Assembly (NCBI GenBank): GCA_024626585.2
Contig: JANKJI020000002.1
Span: forward strand, 153,305,543-153,324,753
Direction: 5' to 3'
Source of the DNA: Ginkgo biloba
Lineage: Eukaryota; Plantae; Ginkgophyta
DNA length: 19,211 bases
How positions within the stretch are numbered: the first letter of the stretch is position 1; each line of letters opens with the position of its first letter. The notes under the pieces are model-generated. The model saw only the letters and a list, made by a program, of their open reading frames with translations. It made no database searches and had not been told where the DNA came from. Both the position numbers and the translations under genes were made by a program. Positions 11,246-19,211 of this stretch are shown here, one piece after another.

Positions 11246-11486
11246 AAGGGGGGGCAGAGGGGGAGGACATGGACTAGTCGATAGTTGGACATTAACGCAA
11301 ATGTAACTAAGATGGAGGATGACTTTGCATTATATAAGAACCCTCTTCTATGATGTATAAACCAAGTGTGGACTAGCCTAGGCTGATTGCTATGGTAGTC
11401 CTTGCATTAAATACAATTCATGTTCCATAATTAAGTGTCTTCTCTTTTCATGCATGCATGTTTTCCAACCCTATACTAGGTTACCA
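11246..11486 (+). mobile_element. Probable 3' part of an LTR-like segment (purine tract, TATA box, ...GGTTACCA end) abutting the protease remnant
   Basis: Purine-rich AAGGGGGGGCAGAGGGGGAGGA (11246-11267), TG at 11270, TATATAA at 11331-11337, ATTAAA at ~11406, end TTACCA at 11486 just where protease similarity stops. No partner LTR or TSD found. Confidence 0.4.
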
Positions 11487-11494
11487 TATTGGAC

Positions 11495-11836
11495 AACAAC
11501 AAACTATGATGATTCTACCAGTATAGTCATAAAATTGAATCATTTGATAAACAAAGGACATTACGCCCCCTTTTCATCCATCCAACCCCTATTGAGAAGG
11601 ATGGTATAACCTAAGTTAATATTTCAAAATCCACTACAACAATTTTCCTTCAAAAGTAATTAGAACTTTTGAAAAGAAACCATCAAAAGGAACTCTTTGG
11701 TCATCAAATGCTTTCAATCGATGAGCATTAGGGAGTATATAAGTGAATGTGAAACCTAATTGTTTAATTGTATACGAGGACATAATGGTTAGGATTGACC
11801 CTCCATCAACTATAGAATACCTAAGACAAGGTCAAC
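11495..11836 (-). pseudogene. Ty3/gypsy aspartic protease remnant
   Basis: Manual translation: LRYSIVDGGSILTIMSSYTIKQLG...LKAFDDQRVPFDGFF/KVLITFEGKIVVVDFEIL/GYTILLNRGWMDEKG... Catalytic D-G-G-S at 11796-11807 and a YxILLxRxW motif (cf. YNLLLGRSW) at 11582-11608. Several frameshifts. Not in the ORF track. Confidence 0.85.
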
Positions 11837-12775
11837 TGTAACAGCCCAGCCTTACGCCTAAAACTATGGTTAGCAATTTACATAGAAATCATTATAATCA
11901 ATACATAGATTCATATAAATAAGCACAAGGGATAAACCAAAAACACTTAGCAAAATATTATGAATCAACATAATTAAATGTAGTAACATTCAAGTACACA
12001 AGACCCAATNNNNNNNNNNNNNNNNNNNNNNNNNNNNNNNNNNNNNNNNNNNNNNNNNNNNNNNNNNNNNNNNNNNNNNNNNNNNNNNNNNNNNNNNNNN
12101 NNNNNNNNNNNNNNNNNNNNNNNNNNNNNNNNNNNNNNNNNNNNNNNNNNNNNNNNNNNNNNNNNNNNNNNNNNNNNNNNNNNNNNNNNNNNNNNNNNNN
12201 NNNNNNNNNNNNNNNNNNNNNNNNNNNNNNNNNNNNNNNNNNNNNNNNNNNNNNNNNNNNNNNNNNNNNNNNNNNNNNNNNNNNNNNNNNNNNNNNNNNN
12301 NNNNNNNNNNNNNNNNNNNNNNNNNNNNNNNNNNNNNNNNNNNNNNNNNNNNNNNNNNNNNNNNNNNNNNNNNNNNNNNNNNNNNNNNNNNNNNNNNNNN
12401 NNNNNNNNNNNNNNNNNNNNNNNNNNNNNNNNNNNNNNNNNNNNNNNNNNNNNNNNNNNNNNNNNNNNNNNNNNNNNNNNNNNNNNNNNNNNNNNNNNNN
12501 NNNNNNNNNNNNNNNNNNNNNNNNNNNNNNNNNNNNNNNNNNNNNNNNNNNNNNNNNNNNNNNNNNNNNNNNNNNNNNNNNNNNNNNNNNNNNNNNNNNN
12601 NNNNNNNNNNNNNNNNNNNNNNNNNNNNNNNNNNNNNNNNNNNNNNNNNNNNNNNNNNNNNNNNNNNNNNNNNNNNNNNNNNNNNNNNNNNNNNNNNNNN
12701 NNNNNNNNNNNNNNNNNNNNNNNNNNNNNNNNNNNNNNNNNNNNNNNNNNNNNNNNNNNNNNNNNNNNNNNNNNN
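11837..12775. mobile_element. Probable solo LTR inserted at the start of the protease domain (mostly hidden by a gap)
   Basis: Starts TGTAACAGCCC, a typical Ty3/gypsy LTR terminus. Left flank TCAAC (11832-11836), right flank (N)CAAC (12775-12779), consistent with a 4-5 bp TSD. Removing it rejoins gag to protease. Confidence 0.65.
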
Positions 12776-13688
12776 CAACCATTTGGACATTTTTATGATT
12801 TGGGTACAAATTAATTCTAGGCTCCAGTGAGGATACCTTCCTATCTCTAAACTCATTGTGACTAACTAATTGTGTACAAGTATCCTCATTATGGGGATCG
12901 AATTTACAAAAATCGCAATCAAATGCATATCCTAGAAATTCTTTGGGCTATTGTAGTTCTTCTTGGTCTATTAGTAGTAGTAGTAGTAGTAGTACTAGTA
13001 GCAACAACAACAGTAATAGACTGAAGAATCCCTTTACCCTTTTCGTTATTTGCTAGCCTAAAATTATTGTTCCTAATAGGGTTAAGATTAGGAGGCCTAT
13101 TTTGGTTTTAAAAATTGGACAACCTAAGTGTAAGAAAAGGAGGTTAAGGACTTCATTGATTATTCCCTATGATATTGGCTTGGTTGGGATGAAAATTAAG
13201 CAAAGGAGAAGCAAAAAAATTGATAAGATATTCAACGTCTCCATCTCCCACTAAATCCTTGTCAGAGACATTGGTCATGAGGAGGATAATTTTGATTTGT
13301 AGGATATTGGTTATAAGGACGAAGTCCTAGATAAGCCATATTGCTATGTTGATTAGGGTTAGAATATTGATTAGCGTACAAAGGATAAAGACGATTATGA
13401 GTTTCTTCCATCTTATGATTAATCCTCTAGAACATTGAGGCCCTAGTGATTGCTTCTTCTTCATTCATGGGATCACAAGCAATAACAATTTTCAAAGTTT
13501 TAGGTTCTAGGTTAAAGTAAAACCAATCTAAAGCATCTTGTTTATTAACAAAAGATGTACACACCTTTCTAGTGGCTCTCCATTCTTTAACATAATAGAG
13601 AATTAACATATGGGGTTCCTGGCTACAATTCCTAGGCATGTCAAATGAGTAATCCTCAAACACAATAGTAGAGAGCTTGTTGACTCAC
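12776..13688 (-). pseudogene. gag: Ty3/gypsy gag C-terminal half: capsid end, low-complexity linker and CCHC nucleocapsid
   Basis: ORF 13427-13663 (KLSTIVFEDYSFD...YYVKEWRATRKVC...ALDWFYFNLEP...PMNEEEAITRASMF) has retrotransposon capsid character. Exact zinc knuckle C-DF-C-KFDP-H-NEDT-C (CX2CX4HX4C) at 12876-12917. Confidence 0.85.
12972..12994 (+). repeat. (TAG)7 microsatellite, encoding poly-Thr in the gag linker on the minus strand
   Basis: tagtagtagtagtagtagtagta seen directly, followed by a short (CAA) run. Confidence 0.9.
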
Positions 13689-13701
13689 TGTTATTTTTAA
13701 T

Positions 13702-13756
13702 AAATTTTATGGATTTCATTTATGTAATTCATGAAATTTTATGGATTTCATTTATG
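13702..13756 (+). repeat. Perfect 23 bp direct repeat AAATTTTATGGATTTCATTTATG x2 (13702-13724, 13734-13756)
   Basis: Seen directly, just inside a candidate insertion boundary (TGTTA at 13689). Confidence 0.9.
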
Positions 13757-13829
13757 GCGAGAGCCTAAGGGAGAGGGGCCTACCCTGCCTATACTAACGT
13801 TCCTTGTTGTTCTTGTCCTCCTTTTTGTA

Positions 13830-15210
13830 GGTCCTTGAACTGACTTTTGAAAATCCCAGGTGAATGTAGCCTCCTTACCTCATTTTGCATCCCTTCATCC
13901 AGCAATGATACTCATTTCCCTTGCTATTTCCTCATTCTATCTCTTGAAAGCAACTTTAGCCCCTTTGAAATTCAAGCCTATGGTCTGATATCCACTCCAT
14001 AGAACCACATGCTTCCATGAAATGCCCTTATTTTTGCAATATTTTGGCAAAATGCCTCCCATTTTGCAACTTCTCCCATTTTTGAAGAGAAGTGGAGGAG
14101 AAGAGAGAAGGAGGAAGAGGACAAGGGCTACACTCCACTTCATATTTTTCTTAGATCATTTCAAGGCATCCGGCTAATTTCTCTTGATTATTCTCAACAC
14201 TTCATCACTCTTTGGGTACGCTTTCAAATAGTGGTGTTCTCATCCTTTTAATGCCTTTGTGAATCCATCGATGCTATCTATTCACTACAGATGGCCTTCT
14301 CAAGCCTAAGCAATCTTATTCGGTCTCATACGACACCTTCAAAGCCAATTTGTACAATTAGAATGTCAATCAACCCTTCCTACTGCCTACACATCCTCTT
14401 GACAGACTTTGGCCTTGTTGGAGTTTTCTATTCATTTGTGGTCCGTTGATATCATTCCACAAGGCTATCGATTCCTTTTTGTACCCTACTTCATCATCAA
14501 CTTGTGCAGAGGAATCATTCGAGTTCTCTCTCCCTCGTTGGAATGCATTGAAGGTCCGTGGCCTTTTGTGGAATCTTTCTCACTAGCCCAGTAATCCACT
14601 GAGAGACAGTCCATGGCGATTTCTAATGGCATTGAACGTTACCAAAAGCGATCAAAACCAATTTGACCTGTGGAAGGATGCGTAATATGTCATTTTGTTG
14701 TTTGCAAGTTTTTTCCACTGTTTTGGTGTAGCCTGGCCATTTTCTTCGCTTCTCCCCTTCTCTCTATGCTCTCCCTATCCTCTTCCTCCATTGTTGAGCT
14801 TCCAGCTTGCCTTTGGCCAATTCCCTTGGCTTCCTTGTGTTTTTTGGCCCTCCACGGGCTCTGGTTTTCCTCCACATCCCCTGGCGGGTTCACTGCTTGT
14901 TGTTCGACCTACGTGGCCTCCCCATGTCTTCCTGGTAGTCGAGTGACCCTCTCAGGACCCTACGACACTTTCCCCATCCTCTCCTTCCCCCTGTTTCTCG
15001 CGTTGCCTTCCGGGATTGCATGGCTTGCATAGGACTATGCAGCCTCTCGTTTCCTTGTAGTGGCCCTTACAGCCTCCCGTGGGCTGGTGTGCCCCTGCAT
15101 CACTACAGGGTGCTCGCTCAACCCTCCCAGGCTTGCAACACCCTGCCATGGTCACCTGGTCTTTCCTCCCTTTGCTCGAGCTGCCACCATGACATGCAAA
15201 CACCAAAAAC
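13830..15210 (-). pseudogene. Decayed ORF of unknown function within a GC-richer segment inserted into gag
   Basis: One minus frame from ~14280 to ~13850 reads LKG*EHHYLKAYPKSDEVLRIIKRN*PDALK*SKKNMKWSVAL...YCKNKGISWKHVVLWSGYQTIGLNFKGAKVAFKR*NEEIAREMSIIAG*RDAK*GKEATFTWD. Upstream is a charged, disordered-looking part (ORF 14690-14893, same frame). The segment separates two gag pieces. Confidence 0.5.
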
Positions 15211-15517
15211 CCGACGAAACCCTAAAAAANNNNNNNNNNNNNNNNNNNNNNNNNNNNNNNNNNNNNNNNNNNNNNNNNNNNNNNNNNNNNNNNNNNNNNN
15301 NNNNNNNNNNNNNNNNNNNNNNNNNNNNNNNNNNNNNNNNNNNNNNNNNNNNNNNNNNNNNNNNNNNNNNNNNNNNNNNNNNNNNNNNNNNNNNNNNNNN
15401 NNNNNNNNNNNNNNNNNNNNNNNNNNNNNNNNNNNNNNNNNNNNNNNNNNNNNNNNNNNNNNNNNNNNNNNNNNNNNNNNNNNNNNNNNNNNNNNNNNNN
15501 NNNNNNNNNNNNNNNNN

Positions 15518-16280
15518 GGGTCTCCTTTTCTATTCAAATTTAGTGTTCACGCCTAGGTTTACATTTAACCCATCCATTTCACTAATCTTTAGTGAAACCT
15601 CTTGACTTGATTTGGCACCTCAGCCAAATCTCACATCCAAGGAACCTCGTGAACCAACTGTGTTCACTTTCATGTCAACCCGGATTTAACTCAATCAACA
15701 TAACCTTAAAACGATCTTTTGAATTAAGTCCTGGAGAGAGGAGATTAAGTAACTAGAATAAGCTATAATATCAAAAGGAAGCCTCGCCTCTAAACGAAAA
15801 AGCAAATAACCTAAAAAAATGGAGTCTTCCATTAATCCATAGCATTTCAAGTTTCTCATATTCCGGTTTCTCATTTTCTTTTCCCCTAAACTTTGCCATA
15901 TCAATTGGAATAGTAAGTAAAGGAGATCAAGTAACCATCATTAGTGTGTTCTTTACATTTGAAGGAATCAATAACATTTGTAGAAACAATCCTTTCGAAG
16001 ATAGCCCCCTTGTTGGTTAGTTAGATGCCATAGTTGCATTTTTACCTATAGGGTTAATTTAAGACTTGAAGAGTTAACCTTGGCACAAGGAGAACTAGAG
16101 GATGAAAAAGAAGAATCTAATTTAGGGGTTGTAGATTCTATATAATGATTACATTCGAGAGGTGTAGGATCTACAAAATGATTAGAGTAGGGAGGTGGAG
16201 GATCTATAGCTAATAGAGATAAACCTTCTAAACACTGAGACCTCATAAGATTTGCCTCAACAAGAGGATGTGACACTTTA
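15518..16280 (-). pseudogene. gag: Probable gag N-terminal region of the Ogre/Tat-type element
   Basis: Begins ~350 bp downstream of the PBS. LMRSQCLEGLS resembles the R-S-x-R-L-x-G-L-P start of such polyproteins, followed by Pro/Ser-rich sequence. ORFs 16046-16276 and 15695-15904 share a frame. Confidence 0.5.
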
Positions 16281-16634
16281 AATCACAAAAGAAGGCCTTT
16301 ATGATGCTTAGGCATAAATTTGGTGAAAGAATTTCAAAATTACAAAACAAGAGAAAACTCACAATGATTTGGCAAATCGACATGTGTTTAAATTGTGACA
16401 ATTAAAGATATTGACGCCCTTTTGAACAACGACTATTCAACGTATAGCCAAGCTTCTAAATTATGTTGATTTACCAAACCATCATGCTCTTGCACAAACC
16501 AAAAAGAAGATTACTAGGAAAAGATAGATTTTCCTTAGCAAAGCAAAGATAGGAAAAGCATCACAAGGGTACAAAAATGGACAAAATGATCAAAATGATC
16601 AAAAAGATAAAAAAGAACTAGTTTATGGTTCACT

Positions 16635-16652
16635 TCCCTAGTATGGTCGCCA
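16635..16652 (-). promoter_or_regulatory. Primer-binding site, tRNA-Arg type (TGGCGACCATACTAGGGA)
   Basis: Minus strand reads ...TTTAACA-ATT-TGGCGACCATACTAGGGA: an LTR-like CA end, a 3 nt spacer, then TGGCGAC..., similar to the Arg PBS TGGCGACTCCACTGGGGA of Ogre/Tat elements. Correctly placed upstream of gag. Confidence 0.8.
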
Positions 16653-16655
16653 AAT

Positions 16656-17440
16656 TGTTAAATGATTTTGGAGCACTCGGTTGATTTAGATAAATTTGTA
16701 TAAACTTAAATTTGTATAACCATAAGCCCTAAACGCAAGCAACTCCAAAGCACCAACAAAGAGAAAGGGGAACTTACCTTTGGATCACTATTGATTTCTC
16801 CTTCTATTAAACCTTTCTTTCCCTTNNNNNNNNNNNNNNNNNNNNNNNNNNNNNNNNNNNNNNNNNNNNNNNNNNNNNNNNNNNNNNNNNNNNNNNNNNN
16901 NNNNNNNNNNNNNNNNNNNNNNNNNNNNNNNNNNNNNNNNNNNNNNNNNNNNNNNNNNNNNNNNNNNNNNNNNNNNNNNNNNNNNNNNNNNNNNNNNNNN
17001 NNNNNNNNNNNNNNNNNNNNNNNNNNNNNNNNNNNNNNNNNNNNNNNNNNNNNNNNNNNNNNNNNNNNNNNNNNNNNNNNNNNNNNNNNNNNNNNNNNNN
17101 NNNNNNNNNNNNNNNNNNNNNNNNNNNNNNNNNNNNNNNNNNNNNNNNNNNNNNNNNNNNNNNNNNNNNNNNNNNNNNNNNNNNNNNNNNNNNNNNNNNN
17201 NNNNNNNNNNNNNNNNNAAAGAATATAGAGCCTCTAGAAGCAAATGCAATGATAATTCAACATCAATAGAAGAGCCCATGATGATTCGAATGGGTTTCAA
17301 GCACCCTATTTATTATACTCAAAAGTATTTCTGATTTTATGCCCAAACGACATCATTATAACGTTCCAAAAGAGTCATTGCACGTGCTTACGATCCATAA
17401 AGTTAAGGAGCACAAATTATTATCTCTAGTATATTGTAGN
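16656..17440 (-). mobile_element. 5' LTR of the minus-strand Ty3/gypsy element (inner end at 16656, outer end not located)
   Basis: CA end next to the PBS, AGGTAAGT at 16772-16779(-), TATA-like TATAATAAATAGGG at ~17304-17317(-). Spans a gap, so the extent is approximate. Confidence 0.55.
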
Positions 17441-17749
17441 NNNNNNNNNNNNNNNNNNNNNNNNNNNNNNNNNNNNNATCGTCATGATTTTAAACTACAA
17501 CAATTTAAGGAATTGTCATGATTTTGCATGCCTTTGGGAAACTAATTATGATGATCATCACATTGAATAACCTTTTCAGTTTCTTAACTTGTTTACACAA
17601 TCCTAGTCAATAACCTTTTATCCCTAACAAAAGGTTTGTGTGCCATATGTGCCAAACATGAAGATCCAACGCCACTACTGCAAATTTTGACAAATCTTGG
17701 AAAGATTATAACATCACAAAGCAGATTCCAATGAATCTAGTAAGAATCT

Positions 17750-18490
17750 ATTGTATCCGAGGGAAGATTCCATGTGCATATTCAACAAATCCAACAAATA
17801 ACCAAAAGAATCTAGTGTAATTACAAAAGCTATAAATGTTGTTCAACTACCTGTTTGACGTAGCATGACATAAGATGATGTAGGAATGATGTACAACAAC
17901 TTATCGGGGCATACAACGGCAAATGATGATCTATGGCAACGATGAGGACGCGTGTAAGACATACTACAACAATTAATGAAGATGTACAATAGCAATTAGT
18001 GAGGTACATGAATGTGGATGACTGTGTAAAGAACATGACAACAATAATGTTGATGTAAGTTGTCATTATGACATGTACAACAAGTTAGAGATGATGTGTC
18101 CAACCTTGGGAATAGGTGTCAAATGGAGTAATCGTCCAAGGAACTAATCTTCTTTGAATAGTCACGACTTAATGAAGAGTTATACGAGGAGAATATCAAT
18201 GTAGAGTTATCACTCTCCAATTTATAAGGGTGCAATGAGTTATAAATAGGAAAGAGAATGAGAAAGTATGAGGTCAAAATTACGTTTAATGCATAGTGCT
18301 TATGTGTGGGAGGTCAATGTACCATGTATTATCAATTAATGAGGATATAAATATGATATTGTACCTATATCATGTGTATTTTCTATGTGCTAATGCATAA
18401 TGAATAAAATATGTGCATAATTGCATGTGTGTGAATGATCTTGATGTGTAGCCATTGTTGCTATCCATGGATCTAGGCCTATGAAACCTA
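17750..18490 (+). mobile_element. LTR-like segment in + orientation
   Basis: Degenerate ATGTACAA-containing repeats at 17888, 17981 and 18072, TATAAATAGG at 18241-18250 followed by a purine-rich stretch, AATAAA at 18403-18408. Ends undefined. Confidence 0.4.
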
Positions 18491-19211
18491 GTGGAGTCCA
18501 CATCTACCCAACACTCTTATTCCATAGCAATAAATGGATTGATTGTCCCCATGGCAACTACAATCCTTATTATATTAAGTCTATCTTTATCAACCAATAT
18601 GACCTTCCTCAAATTGAACATCTCCTCCTTTTGTCTTATCCTTCTTGCATTTCCTTTGGAAATAATGATTTCCTTTACAGAATAGGAATGTAACCACTTT
18701 GACTAGAATTAGTTGCACTAGCCCCATTAAAGGTTGTTAATGCACCAATAACACCAAGGATATTTACCTTGTAACATTTAGGTCCTCAAAAAATCCTTTC
18801 ATTATTACATTAAAAAGGTGTCAAATTAGGGATTCGATATAATTTAAGAAATAATAGCGAGTATAATAGAACTTTGCAACCCTCATTTTTTCTTTAGATC
18901 ATTGAATCAACCCATTTAAGAATAGGGATTGTCTAAATTAATGAGGTCTGGAGAATCAAAATGCCTAAACTCTTTAGCTAAGGAATTAATGTATGATGAA
19001 TCTAGCTTGGCGATCCATAGTTGCTCCTTACTCAAGAACATGGAATTGAAATCTCTAAATGAGGTCAAGGGTTCAACTTTAGTAGCCCAACATATCAAAG
19101 AATGGTCCCATCTAGCTAAAGGCAAGAATATGCACATAGACCAAGAAATGCACTCAGACGTTGTTTCTAACAATGCCATCTCCATTTCAAACAAAGGGTT
19201 GAAGCTACTAG
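18490..19211 (-). pseudogene. Probable LINE (L1-clade) ORF2 C-terminal remnant: zf-RVT-like region and RNase H-like domain
   Basis: ORF 18916-19194 ETTSECISWSMCIF...WDHSLICW resembles a decayed ETxxHLFxxCxF...W zf-RVT. Downstream FNGASATNSSQSG (18693-18731) resembles FDGASxGNPGxSG, and FNLRKVILVDKDRLNIIR (~18565-18620) resembles LGLRKVIVEGDSLNII. Key residues are mutated. Confidence 0.45.

Larger units (their letters stand above)
1741..17477. other. Twelve N-runs (probable scaffold gaps): 1741-2109, 3184-3458, 3676-3685, 4417-4449, 5232-5599, 7616-7715, 10030-10056, 10440-10539, 12010-12775, 15230-15517, 16826-17217, 17440-17477
   Basis: Seen directly. Two runs are exactly 100 N (the usual unknown-size gap convention) and one is 10 N, which favours assembly gaps over repeat masking. 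Many long ORFs in the supplied track exist only because they read through these Ns. Confidence 0.9.

Noticed and set aside
10572-11491. TATTG at 10572-10576 and 11487-11491 as a TSD around the + oriented LTR-like segment
   Set aside because: The left copy is followed by TTG, not a clean TG terminus, and lies in low-complexity TTG-rich sequence.
15217-15227. AAACCCTAAA plant telomere-like motif
   Set aside because: Single copy at a gap edge, common in plant LTRs and promoters, so not a telomeric array on the visible evidence.
16572-16720. Short local duplications (CAAAATGAT x2-3, TAAATTTGTATAA x2; also TTAAACCACCATT x2 at 4630 and 4661)
   Set aside because: Ordinary slippage duplications in LTR/UTR sequence with no further structure.
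1733-17300. Long ORFs in the track that are mostly X (e.g. 1733-2145, 3063-3491, 4862-5700, 11958-12856, 15020-15605, 16788-17300)
   Set aside because: Artefacts of translating through N-runs.
8857-18685. + strand ORFs 8857-9069, 9529-9894, 10246-10614, 14409-14594, 14670-15032 and 18491-18685
   Set aside because: Ser/Leu/Phe/Pro-rich antisense shadows of decayed minus-strand coding frames, with no independent support.

Overview
AT-rich, CpG-poor eukaryotic DNA with 12 N-runs. Two runs are exactly 100 N and one is 10 N, which points to scaffold gaps, so adjacency across them is uncertain. I see no intact cellular gene, RNA gene or CRISPR array. The window reads as nested, decayed retroelements of the kind found in large, heavily methylated plant genomes (gymnosperm-like by inference). 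Best-supported items: (i) a minus-strand Ty3/gypsy element of Ogre/Tat type that can be rebuilt in order as LTR end (16656), tRNA-Arg-type PBS (16635-16652), gag N-terminus, capsid C-terminal half, an intact CX2CX4HX4C zinc knuckle (12876-12917) and aspartic protease (DGGS, 11796-11807), interrupted by at least two later insertions, one a probable solo LTR with a target-site duplication; (ii) a ~2.5 kb decayed minus-strand accessory ORF (~7960-10440) with a plant-retroelement extra-ORF-like N-terminal domain, a coiled coil, three G/E-V-Q-C-D/E repeats and a C-terminal domain I cannot name; (iii) a second, diverged copy of that C-terminal domain on the + strand at ~3690-4056 (22/64 identical residues, no gaps, aligned by hand). 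Also present are two GC-rich short tandem arrays, further decayed unknown ORFs and a probable LINE zf-RVT/RNase H remnant at the right end. The most novel-looking signal is the repeated, unnamed retroelement accessory protein. All family assignments come from manual translation and motif recall, not database searches.
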